The notes beneath the pieces are model-generated. The model was not told the DNA's origin, did not search any database, and worked only from the letters and a program-made list of their open reading frames with translations. Positions 35,194-49,300 of a DNA stretch of 64,000 nucleotides are shown here, piece by piece; position 1 is the first letter of the stretch, and each line of letters opens with the position of its first letter. The translations under genes and the position numbers were made by a program. The stretch is from Eledone cirrhosa (Eukaryota): assembly GCA_964016885.1 (NCBI GenBank), contig OZ024743.1:248620001-248684000 (forward strand), read 5' to 3'.

Positions 35194-35556
35194 ATATTGG
35201 TGTAGCAAATCAATAAATTTTAATTAAAACTACTCCATGGTTTTGTTGTTATTTAGGACTTTGAGTATCTGAGGACTCTCCACGACCCTCTCAGGAAATA
35301 GTGGGTGAAGAAGAAGTGAGGCCCTCTGAGACATGGGGAGGTGGGGTGATATCCTCAAACTGGAGATTTAGTCCAAATGCTTGCAACAGTGTAAACTCCA
35401 CTAAAGATACACAAAGACCACCAAGTGGTGGTGTTAATCCAAATGACAGTTTGGTCACTGTAGGAACTCAATACCATATGGCCTTTTTGTTAAATGCTCT
35501 AATAATTCCACCAATGTTTCACTCTCTGACCAGTTCTTACAGATAATTGGCTAATT
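35194..35556 (-). pseudogene. Candidate decayed exon (363 nt)
   Basis: Strong polypyrimidine acceptor ending atatcag, donor gtgagc, GC-richer than the flanks. The frame I translated has six stops, so coding origin is weakly supported. Confidence 0.2.
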
Positions 35557-35764
35557 CTGATATAAAAAAAAAGGAAATGGCAGAGGAAACATTCACAGGA
35601 TTTCAATTAATGAAGATTAATTAAATATGGAATGCAATGAGGAGTGAACCTGATCTTTAGAAGTGTGGTAACAACACCGACCATATTTAGGTAATAATAG
35701 ACCTCATCAGCAAAGCTAAATTTTACCATAACTGCCTAGTCTATAATGTTGCCTATGTTCTACC

Positions 35765-36025
35765 CTGATAGACCAGATCAAAGATAAAAAAAAATCCAAT
35801 TCAATCTAATCAAAGATCAAAAGCCTAATTTGACCTAATCAATGATCAAAAGCCCAGATAGACCAATCAGATCAAAATCCCAATTTAACCTAATCAATAA
35901 TAAAAAGCCCAGTTTGATTTAATCAGTGTTCAAAAGTCTACGTAAACCAGATCAAAGATCAAAAGCTCACTTCAACCTAATCAATGATCAAAAGTTCACT
36001 TTGACCTAAGTAATGATCAAAAGCT
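35765..36025 (+). repeat. Degenerate minisatellite, unit about 28 bp (about 9 units)
   Basis: Recurrent TTGACCTAATCAATGATCAAAAGCCCA-like unit. Confidence 0.8.
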
Positions 36026-36569
36026 TTCCAGCTAATTCGCCACCCTATATGATGACATAGCTTAGTGGTTAGAGTGTTCATCTCATGATCATATGGCCGG
36101 GAGTCTGATTCCCAGTGGCATATTGTGTCCTTGAGCAATACACTTTATTTCATATTGCTCCAATTCACTCAACAGTCCACTCACATGTTGATTTCATTGT
36201 TAAAACATCATCAGAACCAATGGAGATCCAATACCCACACATATATGTATGTTTGTGTGCATGCACAATTTAAAGAAAACTTAATTTTGTTTTCATATTT
36301 TTATATTATTATTATTAACCTAATTGCCCAGGAGCTGGTGCAGTAATGTGCCAGCTTCAGCATTCAGTAATCAGAAGAAGGGAAGTAGGTGTAAAAGCCT
36401 CTCAGGAATATGTGGGCAAAGAAGAACCTAATTGCTATACTCTTTTCAAATTATCTTCAGATTGATGGGAGTGTTATACTAGCCTCATTTTTATATACTA
36501 TATTATTTTGTTTTACAATATTTTTCAGTTTAACAATTAATGAATATACATATGCACCTAGCTCACTCT

Positions 36570-36792
36570 ATAACGTGGTAGTGTTGGTGCCACAATAAAA
36601 TGCACCCAGTCCACACTGTCATGTGGTAGTGGTGGTGCCACAAGAAAATTAACCCGGTACATGCCATGAAGTGGTTGGCATAAAGAAGGGCATATGGAAT
36701 GTATGACCAAGACATAGCCATCTGACCTGACTGTCTAACCTCAGAAGATAACTTATCTAACCTAGAAAATAGACATAAAACAGTGATGATGA
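36570..36792 (+). mobile_element. Degenerate RTE 3'-UTR element
   Basis: GTGTTGGTGCCACA..CACCCAGTCCACACTG units, GTGGTTGGCAT..GAAGGGCAT core and GATGATGAT tail. Confidence 0.65.
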
Positions 36793-37269
36793 TATGTCTC
36801 AGCTATAAAATAAAATGTAATTTCATAATTTCTCTGCACTTTTTTTTTTTTTAGATTTCATTAAACTTTCTTCTGGCAAGATTCGTGAAACTTAATTTTA
36901 TTTGATCGATGGATTAATTATTCTAGAATTCAATAAAATGTTTTTACACTTTGAAAGTAGATGTTCACTATATCGTTAAATCAGACTAAACCAATTATGA
37001 TATAACGATGTAATGTGTTTTGATAAATTAGTTATGATATATATATGATTTAAACTATGAAAAAGAAATTCAAGACACACAATATTGATTATCACGGAAT
37101 ATGGTTGAGGCTGCTGTATTTTTCTTCTTTTTTTTTATTTTTTTATAATTTAATTAAATGAATCTAGACTTGATCTCTAAAAGACAAAATATTTGTTAAA
37201 TCTTCAGAGGGGTTGGACAGAATACAGCCACAAGTATTTTCAGGCTATTTTCCCTGCCAAATCAGAGGT

Positions 37270-37790
37270 TAACCTTACAGGCTCCATGACAAGTTTCTCC
37301 ATTTTACCCTTGTGTCTGCATCCTCCTCGCCAAGCCCCTGGATTTCACTTCCTCTCATAACATCCCCAGCCATGTCTTTCTTGGTTTTCCTCTACTCCTA
37401 CTTCTTTCCAGAAGCATTCCCATCACTCTTCTCGTCCAGGTACTTTCATCTTTCCCCAACATGTTTTTTTTCTTCTAGGAGGCCTGCCAATGCTAGAGAG
37501 ATCAATACCATTGATATTCTGTTTAAACAGTTGCAGCTTCATATTTGTTGGAAAGGCATGGGCAGGAAAAGGGTTCCAGAAGGCCAACATTCTGAGCAGG
37601 AAGGACTAGAAATAGTTAGTATGAGTGGCCAAAAGGTGAACAGAACATTGGTAATGAGAGAAGTAGAGACGAGTGAGTTGGGAGTGCCTGAGTGGAGGTA
37701 ATTGACATGGGACTAGCAAGCTCTGAGGAGCAGAGGCCATTGTATTAATAGTAGAAGAGGTAGTAGGAGGAGACAGCACATCTGTTGACT
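37270..37790 (-). pseudogene. Old LINE C-terminal relics (RTE-like, then CR1/Jockey-like)
   Basis: Minus-strand RGKPRKTWL and SFLLRMLAFWNPFPAHAFP..LQLFKQNIN. Confidence 0.5.
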
Positions 37791-38889
37791 AAAGGCTAGA
37801 AAGTCTTAGTGAGTGATTTGTATATGAAGAAACTTTACCATTCATGTTAGCTGGTCATATAATTTCTTTGAATTTGCTTTCTGTTATCATTAACAATATA
37901 TATTGTTATATCCTCTGTACTTGGTGGAGCCTTTAAAAGGAAATATATATTAATTTCCTTATTTACACTAGCATGGTTAGTGTTTTTTTAATTTTTCTTC
38001 TTTAACTTAAAATGATAACTCCATTGTGTATAATGTTTGCTGTAGTGCCGAAAGGTTAGTATTTTGCTGACATTTTAAGGACTACTGATAGTTTGAGTTC
38101 TACCTTTGTATGACATTATGCATATATTTTATCAAAGTAAGGATCTTTAATGTCGAGACATTGAGTAGTTATCTCAAGCCCCTAGATGGTGGATATAACA
38201 TGTTTTACAATATGTTTGTTGATATAGCAGTTAAATGCTTCCCACTGGGAAGGTTCATTCAAACTAGTGAGGTTTTGCTTAGTAAAAATGAAACAAGCAT
38301 GTAATCATCTTCACCATTTACTGTTTATACTTCTATGGATTTGTCAGGCTGTCATGTTATGAGGTTTGACAGTTTTTGGTTTGATTTTCTACGGTTGGAT
38401 GCCTTTCCTAATGCCACTTTACAGGGTGAACTGGGTGTTTTTTGTGTAGTAGAAATATTCTATCATATAATCAGGTTTTATCTTTGACCAACAACAATTT
38501 ATGACTATAAACAGACTATACATAACTTTACTTAAGCTGTACCACTGGTATATATATATTGAAACATATGTATACAGATAACTGGAGAAAAATCAATATA
38601 GACTATGTAACATTATCTAGAATTGAAACTTCACTCTATGCTTCAGAATGAAAACCAATATAAATGATGTTGGTTCCTTTTCATGAATACAATAACAGAA
38701 TATTAGACTTTAATTGGCTTTGAACCTTAAGCTTAGGCTTTACATTGAACAATAAATAATTACCTCTAGCTCAAAAGATAAAAGGTAAATTATTCCAGCA
38801 GATGGAAACAAAAGAAAGAATATTATGTCACATGAATAATACAAAAATATGCTATAGCAGTTGTATTTATCAAGAATATTTGTGAATGC

Positions 38890-39925
38890 AACATGGCTGA
38901 ATAATTAAAAAGTTCACTTCGCAATCATATGGTCCCAGGTTTGATTCCATTGTATGGCATCTTGGACAAGTGCTATTTACTACAGATTCACAATCTTTTA
39001 TCCGAAATTCCAAAAACCAAAAAGCTCTGAAAACCGAACATTATTTCCAGGATGTCGTCTGCACACCAAAGCTCATGTTTGGCACCAAACTTGGCCCAAA
39101 ATGACCCACACTCAACCCAGGTTATGCAGTACTCCTACCAGTCAGACGCATGTCACCTCTGCTGCTCACGGAAATGTTGTTTATTTTTTGCTGATTTTTA
39201 GCAAAACTGTGTGATAAGTTGATTGGTGGCATGGAACAACGTACATTTATCAGTGCCCACGAGATTATGGCAGTTTATTCAATCAAAGAGAGACTGCTCA
39301 GACAAAAACCTATTAATGAAACAGATAACACTGGAGGAAATCTTTAAAAAGGCCATCTCTCGTAGTGCTGCTGAACTTGAGAATCCTGTTCCTGGCACAT
39401 CATCAGATGTCCAACTCCAACTCAAAGAAAATGGTCACTATAATAATGATGATGACATTGATCTACCCTCTTCTCCAGGATCCTCAAACTACTTGTTTTG
39501 TGCTTTTACTGCATGTAAGTATATTTTCATGTATTTAGCTTAGTTTGAGTCAGTTTATGTTTAAAGTTTTACTTAATGTTTTATCTTTTTTTTTATTATT
39601 TATTAAGGGGATTCAAGAATCCCCAAACTAGGCCATCTAAGTCCATGTAGCCCCACTAGTGTGACAAGAGAGCGCTACCTCCCTCACCGAGTTTCTGCTG
39701 GGATCGAGGTGCAAACTGCACTCTACAATTGAGCTTCCCTGTCCCCTGTAATGTTTTATCTAAAAAACTTTAAAATCTATGCTAAAAGTCTTCCATTCCC
39801 AAATCCGAAAAGTGTCTGGTCCCAAGGTTTTCAGATAAGAGTTTGTGAACCTGTATAGCCTCAAGTTGACTCAAGTCACGTGTGTGAAATTAGATTGGCA
39901 GAAACTGTTTGGAAGCCTATCAGAT
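38890..39925 (+). mobile_element. SINE family C (resembles the octopus OK-type SINE), split by a DNA transposon
   Basis: tRNA-like head plus GGCATCTTGGACAAGTG..ACTA on the left of the insertion. TAGCC..GAAACTG..GAAGCC on the right. Confidence 0.6.
38983..39853 (+). mobile_element. Tigger/pogo-type DNA transposon, internally deleted
   Basis: TIRs CAGATTCACAATCTTTTATCCGAAA and TTTCAGATAAGAGTTTGTGAACCTG, TA on both sides. Internal KQITLEEIFKK resembles a Tigger transposase C-terminus. Confidence 0.82.
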
Positions 39926-41098
39926 TGACTGTACCTGTAATTCAAAGGACCAGCCTTGTCACTGACTATATCAGACTGAATCTCACAGAGAATTACATTA
40001 AAGGTACACATGTCTGTGGAATGCTCAACCACTTGCATGTTAATTTTAGGAGCAGGTCGTTTCGTTGATCAAACAGCTGGAATACTCAATATCCTATGGG
40101 AGTTAGTTAAACAACTGTAACACTCACCTTTGAAATTGAAGGAGGCCCATTCCATCTCAAATAATTTATGTCCTCTGCCAATATCTATATTACAGAGGTG
40201 AGGAGATGGCTAAGTCAATAGAGTGATAAATAGATTCTTTTTGTCATCTAAAAGGATAAATCAATGAATGCCAGTATTCAAATCACACCTTTGTTGATTT
40301 AACCTTCCAAATTTAGGGGATCAATGAGTGCCAGTATGACAATGTATATTCAACTTATTGTGTGAATGTATGTATGTATGTCTGAAGAGATTCATCACAA
40401 GTCAAATCAATAGGGCTTCACCCTATCTGCAGGACTGGCAACAGTTGGAATATCATCAGTGATGAGATGTAGCCATGATAACAGCACATAATGCTCAATA
40501 AGACTAGTCACTTATAACTGTAAGTATCTACCGTGGCTAAGTACAGTCTACCACTGCAATAAGTGGGAGTCTGGTATGATGGATGAGCATTCTTCCTGCT
40601 TCTAATGCTGAACTGAAATTTTCTCATGGGTAAATAAAATCTACAATAAACAATAACTAGATCAAAATACTGGGATAAGCTCCATAACCGTTCGACACTT
40701 TATGGAAATAAAGAAAGTGTGTGTGTTAACGTGTGAACATTTTCTGGTGAAAACTGCTCCTGTTTTACAACAACATCAACAATTTGCTGTATAAAAAGCT
40801 ATTTTCCACCTTCTAATTACAGCACATGACATTTTAGAAGAAATCTCAGATCGTTGATAACTAATTTATCTCTGGTTAATTATATTGAAATGGGGATGAA
40901 TAAAAAGGTAGTAATGCCAAGTTCTCTCAACTCACACTAAATTGATCAAAAGAGAAAGGAAAAAAAAATACTGCTGTTTAATAAGTGAAAATAATGCCCC
41001 CAGTTTGTATCAGCCTATTAGATTGAATATTTTAATGGACAGTTATCATCGTAGAGCAGAAATAAGTCTTGTGAAGGCATGTGGCCTATTGGTTAGAG

Positions 41099-41504
41099 CA
41101 GTGTTTCTCAACCAGTGTTCCCCAGAACCCTAGGGTTCCACAAGAGGTTCTGCAAGAAATAGTGATAAATAAGCTAATGCATTTTTGAGTAATTTTTGCT
41201 TAATTTTATATTCGTCATTTTACTATACATATGGCATACTGTTAGAAAATACTTGGTTATTATAATAAAGGCTTCAACCTCTTTTCAAAATATATTTGTG
41301 CTTTGTGTATTTTTTTGTCTCGCCAATAAATTTGACAAACAGATAACTTAAAACCAAAAATATATGTTTACCACGTGAACTTTGATAAAAATATAAAAGA
41401 GATAGATATTAATAATGATATATAATAATTTTTATGCAGGGGTTCACTGAGATATGAAAACTATTTCAAGGGTTCCACAAGGGTAAAAAGGTTGAGAAAT
41501 GCTG
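41099..41504. mobile_element. hAT (Charlie-like) MITE inserted in a SINE A head
   Basis: TIRs CAGTGTTTCTCAACC and GGTTGAGAAATGCTG with subterminal GGGTTCC motifs. The 8-bp TSD is degenerate. Confidence 0.75.
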
Positions 41505-42884
41505 GGGTGGACTCATTATGATAAAGTTGGTTCAATTTCAGGATTCCTGAACTAGACAGCGCGTTGTGTTCTTCAGCAAGATGTTTCATTTCATGCGGCT
41601 TTTCATAATAGGGCTGGGGCCCCTACCATTAAAACACCCTTTTATGAGATACAACTGAGTTGTAATTTAAATTTCTATAACAAAATATTTCCTAAATCTT
41701 CATTATAAAAGATATAAATTTGTAAGGCTGTCAATCTGATGTCAGTTAATTGCAGGAAACTGATTGGATTAACCATAACCCTACCCCTAATCATAACCCT
41801 AATTTGAAATAATTATATTATTGTCTTTTTATATTGATATTTATTTATCATGGGAGAGGAGGTTCTATTCTGAAGAAGCACCTTTATCTTTACTTTGAGT
41901 CTTGTTAATGATAGTTTATGAACATCAGTGAACCTTTATCAGGTTAGCACAGTTAACCCACCACTTATGAACATCTATGGAACATATACCTTCATTTACA
42001 GTTCATGGTAGTTTGTATAGCAACATGATAATACTTCAAGTACTAGGGCTGCTTCATCATGTAAAAACATCGAAGGATATTTCCTAGTAAAGAGGTGTAG
42101 AAGGCTAAGTATGTAAATTCCCATATGGTGCTTCCTCTTTTGCAAGCAGTTATTCACTTTGTGTCTATATGTGTATTGGATTTCCATCAGTCCAGATGAC
42201 AAATGCTCCAGTTCGAACAAGGAAACAACCCACTCATATAATTAATGTGCAAGTGGCTGAGCATTCCAGACGTGTTTACTCTTAATATAGTTATCAGAGT
42301 GATTCAGTGTAAATAAGGTTGCAAACTCGATAGCATTTAGATCAAAATAGATCATGGACACTACTTTTCCTTCCCTGACTAAACAATGAAATAAAATCAA
42401 TAATCTCTCAAACATATGTAGTGTGATGGGTTCTGATGGAGTAAGTGATGTCGGGTCAGTGCAGCAGGGGAGCTCTTGGGCCTCTTTTATATCAAACTGT
42501 AGCTAAGATAGGATAGAGCTTCCATTACAGTTTGGGGATTGGAGGGGATGCTTAAGTATATATATATATATTGTATATGAGTATTATTATTAGCTCATGC
42601 TTTTTTTTTTATTACCAATATAAGACTAAGAAAGAAATTAAAAACATGATCATGCTAATATATTTAGAGTCAATAGAAAATCAGTGTAGTAAAAACCAAA
42701 GCACAAGTATATTGAAACAAATTATTAGAAGGATTTAAGCCCTAAAAGCCCCTTAGTGCTTGAAGGAGATATATACAAGACTGTTTTAATTCTGTTTGAC
42801 CATCCAGAAGTATGGGGGAAGACCCCAATGAACTCAACATGTCTAAGTTTTCAAATAGTGAAGATAACACAAGAAGTAACAAAG

Positions 42885-43105
42885 GTGTCTGATTTAGGCA
42901 CAAGGCCAGAAAATTTTTAGGTGAGGGGGAAAGTCAATTAAATCAACTACAGTGCATCACTGGTACTTTGTTTTATTGACTTCGAAAGGATAAGAGGCAA
43001 ACCTAACCTCGGCAGGATTTGTACTCAGAACGTAAAGGGCCATAACTCTATGCTGCTAAGCATGTTTCCCAATGCTCTACCGATTCTGCCAATCCACTGC
43101 CCTAC
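42885..43105 (-). mobile_element. SINE family B, near full length
   Basis: Same layout as 26602-26829. Confidence 0.75.
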
Positions 43106-43390
43106 AAGAAGTAACATAATAGCAAGACGACAAACACATTACCTTCTCGATAACACACACCAACACCAAACCAATTATATGAACTCATTCCCATACATAA
43201 TCTTTTGCTCAACACACCAAACTGCTACAACCACTACAAAACTCACTTCAGGCCATTTGTAAATAATCATAAAAACACACATGATCATGAATGAAGGGCA
43301 AAAATACTTTTACAAACTTCAATTAAAAAAAAAAAAAAAGAATAGTGAAACTATTCCACCAGGAAATAGAATCAAAATTTTTAAAATTCA

Positions 43391-46300
43391 ACAACACCAT
43401 CCCCAACATAGACTCTACAGTACAACACCACAACTACCAACATAGACACTACAGTACATACAACATCACAACTACCAACATAGACACTACAGTACATACA
43501 TCACCACAACTACCAACATAGACACTACAGTACACACAACACCACAACTACCAACATAGACACTACAGTACATACAACACCACAACTACCAACATAGACA
43601 CTACAGTACATACAGCACCACAACTATCACCATAGACTCTACAGTACATACAACACCACAACTACCAACATAGACACTAAAGTACATACATCACCACAAC
43701 TACCAACATAGACACTACAGTACATACAACACGACAACCACCAACATAGACACTACAGTACATACAACACCACAACTACCAACATAGACACTACAGTACA
43801 TACAACACCACAACTACCAACATAGACACTACAGTACATACAGCATCACAACTACCAACATAGACACTACAGTACAACATCACAACTACCAACATAGACA
43901 CTACAGTACATACAACATCACAACTACCAACATAGACACTACAGTACAACATCACAACTACCAACATAGACACTACAGTACATACAACATCACAACCACC
44001 AACATAGACACTACAGTACATACAACACCACAACTCCCAACATAGACACTCCAGTACATACAACATCACAACTACCAACATAGACACTACAGTACATACA
44101 ACATCACAACTACCAACATAGACACTACACTACATACAACATCAAAACTACCAACATAGACACTACAGTACATACAACATCACAACTACCAACATAGACA
44201 CTATAGTACATACAACACCACAACCACCAACATTGACACTACAATACATACAACACCACAACTACCAACATAGACACTACAGTACATACAACATCACAAC
44301 TACCAACATAGACACTATAGTACATACAACACCACAACCACCAACATAGACACTACACTACCTACAACATCAAAAATACCAACATAGACACTACAGTACA
44401 TACAACACCACAACTACCAACATAGACACTACAGTACATACAACATCACAACTACCAACATAGACACTACAGTACATACAACACCACAACTACCAACATA
44501 GACACTACAGTACATACAACACCACAACTACCAACATAGACACTACAGTACATACAATATCACAACTACCAACATAGACACTACAGTACATACAACATCA
44601 CAACTACCAACATAGACACTACAATACATACAACACCACAACCCCCAACATAGGCACGACAGTACATACAACAGCACAACTACCAACATAGACACTACAG
44701 TACATACAACATCACAACTACCAACAGACACTACAATACATACAACACCACAACCCCCAACATAGGCACGACAGTACATACAACAGCACAACTACCAACA
44801 TAGACACTACAGTACATACAACATCACAACTACCAACATAGACACTACAGTACATAAAACATCACAACTACCAACATAGACACTACAGTACATACAACAT
44901 CACAACTACAAACATAGACACTACAGTACATACATCACCACAACTACCAACATAGACACTACAGTACATACAACACCACAACTACAAACATAGACACTAC
45001 AGTACATACAACAAGACAACCACCAACATAGACACTACAGTACATACATCATCACAAATACCAACATTAGACACTACAGTACAACATCACAACTACCAAC
45101 ATAGACACTACAGTACATACAACACCACAACCACCAACATAGATACTACAGTACATACAACACCACAACTACCAACATAGACACTACAGTACATACAACA
45201 CCACAACTACCAACATAGACACTACAGTACATACAACATCACAACTACCAACATAGACACTAAAGTACATACATCACCACAACTACCAACATAGACACTA
45301 CAGTACATACAACACGACAACCACCAACATAGACACTACAGTACATACAACATCACAACTACCAACATAGACACTACAGTACAACATCACAACTACCAAC
45401 ATAGACACTACAGTACATACAACACCACAACTACCAACATAGACACTACAGTACATACAACATCACAACTACCAACATAGACACTACAGTACATACAACA
45501 TCACAACCACCAACATAGACACTACAGTACATACAACATCACAACTACCAACATAGACACTACAGTACATACATCAAAACTACCAACATAGACACTACAG
45601 TACATACAACACCACAACTACCAACATAGACACTACAGTACATACAACATCACAACTACCAACATAGACACTATAGTACATACAACACCACAACCACCAA
45701 CATAGACACTACACTACATACAACATCAAAACTACCAACATAGACACTACAGTACATACAACACCACAACTACCAACATAGACACTACAGTACATACAAC
45801 ATCACAACTACCAACATAGACACTACAGTACATACAACACCACAACTACCAACATAGACACTACAGTACATACAACACCACAACTACCAACATAGACACT
45901 ACAGTACATACAATATCACAACTACCAACATAGACACTACAGTACATACAACATCACAACTACCAACATAGACACTACAATACATACAACACCACAACCC
46001 CCAACATAGGCACGACAGTACATACAACAGCACAACTACCAACATAGACACTACAGTACATACAACATCACAACTACCAACAGACACTACAATACATACA
46101 ACACCACAACCCCCAACATAAGCACGACAGTACATACAACAGCACAACTACCAACATAGACACTACAGTACATACAACATCACAACTACCAACATAGACA
46201 CTACAGTACATAAAACATCACAACTACCAACATAGACACTACAGTACATACAACATCACAACTACAAACATAGACACTACAGTACATACATCACCACAAC

Positions 46301-49300
46301 TACCAACATAGACACTACAGTACATACAACACCACAACTACAAACATAGACACTACAGTACATACATCATCACAAATACCAACATAGACACTACAGTACA
46401 ACATCACAACTACCAACATAGACACTACAGTACATACAACACCACAACTACCAACATAGACACTACAGTACATACAACATCACAACTACCAACATAGACA
46501 CTACAGTACATACAACATCACAACTACCAACATAGACACTACAGTACATATAACACCACAACTACCAACATAGACACTACAGTACATACAACACCACGAC
46601 TAGCAACATAGACACTTCAGTACATACAACACCACAACAACCAACATAGACACTACAGTACATACAACACCGCAACTACCAACATAGACACTACAGTACA
46701 TACAACAGCACAACTACCAACATAGACACTACAGTACATACAACATCACAACTACCAACATAGACACTACAGTACAACATCACAACTACCAACATAGACA
46801 CTACAGTACATACAACACCACAACTACCAACATAGACACTATAGTACATAAAACATCACAACTACCAATATAGACACTACAATACATACAACATCACAAC
46901 TACCAACATAGACACTACAGTACATAGATCATCACAACTACCAACATAGACACTACAGTACATACAACACCACAACTACCAACATAGACACTACAGTACA
47001 TACAACATCACAACTACCAATATAGACACTACAATACATACATCACCACAACTACCAACATAGACACTACTGTACATACAACACCACAACTACCAACATA
47101 GACACTACAGTACATACAACACCACAACTACCAACATAGACACTACAGTACATACAACATCACAACTACCAACATAGACACTACAGTACATATAACACCA
47201 CAACTACCAACATAGACACTACAGTACATACAACACCACAACTACCAACATAGACACTACAGTACATACAACACCACAACTACCAACATAGACACTACAG
47301 TACATACAACACCACAACTACCAACATAGACAATACAGTACATACAGCATCACAACTACCAACATAGACACTACAGTACATACAGCATCACAACTACCAA
47401 CATAGACACTACAGTACAACATCACACCTACCAACATAGACACTACAGTACATACAACATCACAACTACCAACATAGACACTACAGTACAACATCACAAC
47501 TTCCAACATAGACACTACAGTACATACAACATCACAACTACCAACATAGACACTACAGTACATACAACACCACAACTACAAACATAGACACTACAGTACA
47601 TACAACACCACAACTACCAACATAGACACTACAGTACATACAATATCACAACTACCAACATAGACACTACAGTACATACAACATCACAACTACCAACATA
47701 GACACTACAATACATACAACACCACAACCCCCAACATAGGCACGACAGTACATACAACATCACAACTACCAACATAGACACTACAGTACATACAACATCA
47801 CAACTACCAACAGACACTACAATACATACAACACCACAACCCCCAACATAGGCACGACAGTACATACAACAGCACAACTACCAACATAGACACTGCAGTA
47901 CATACAACATCACAACTACCAACATAGACACTACAGTACATAAAACATCACAACTACCAACATAGACACTACAGTACATACAACATCACAACTACAAACA
48001 TAGACACTACAGTACATACATCACCACAACTACCAACATAGACACTACAGTACATACATCATCACAAATACCAACATAGAGACTACAGTACAACATCACA
48101 ACTACCAACATAGACACTACAGTACATACATCATCACAACCACCAACAGACACTACAGTACATACAACACCACAACTACCAACATAGACACTACAGTACA
48201 TACATCACAACTACCAACATAGACACTACAGTACATACAACATCACAACTACCAACATAGACACTACACTACATACAACATCAAAACTACCAACATAGAC
48301 ACTACAGTACATACAACATCACAACTAGCAACATAGACACTATAGTACATACAACACCACAACCACCGACATAGTCACTACAATACATACAACACCACAA
48401 CTACCAACATAGACACTACAGTACATACAACATCACAACTACCAACATAGACACTATAGTACATACAACACCACAACCACCAACATAGACACTACACTAC
48501 ATACAACATCAAAACTACCACATAGACACTACAGTACATACAACACCACAACTACCAACATAGACACTACAGTACATACAGCATCACAACTGCCAACATA
48601 GACACTACAGTACATACAACACCACAACTACCAACATAGACACTACAGTACATACAACACCACAACTACCAACATAGACACTACAGTACATACAATATCA
48701 CAACTACCAACATAGACACTACAGTACATACAACATCACAACTACCAACATAGACACTACAATACATACAACACCACAACCCCCAACATAGGCACGACAG
48801 TACATACAACAGCACAACTACCAACATAGACACTACAGTAATACAACATCACAACTACCAACATAGACACTACAGTACATAAAACATCACAACTACCAAC
48901 ATAGACACTACAGTACATACAACATCACGACTACAAACATAGACACTACAGTACATACATCACCACAACTACCAACATAGACACTACAGTACATACAACA
49001 CCACAACTACCAACATAGACACTACAGTACATACATCATCACAAATACCAACATAGACACTACAGTACAACATCACAACCACCAACATAGACACTACAGT
49101 ACATACATCATCACAACCACCAACATAGACACTACAGTACATACAACACCACAACTACCAACATAGACACTACAGTACATACAACATCACAACTACCAAC
49201 ATAGACACTACAGTACATACAACATCACAACTACCAACATAGACACTACACTACATACAACATCAAAACTACCAACATAGACACTACAGTACATACAACA

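Noticed and set aside
35301-35546. Plus-strand 81-aa ORF as a gene
   Set aside because: No ATG start, a stop just upstream and no recognisable domain. Strand is ambiguous with the minus-strand exon candidate.
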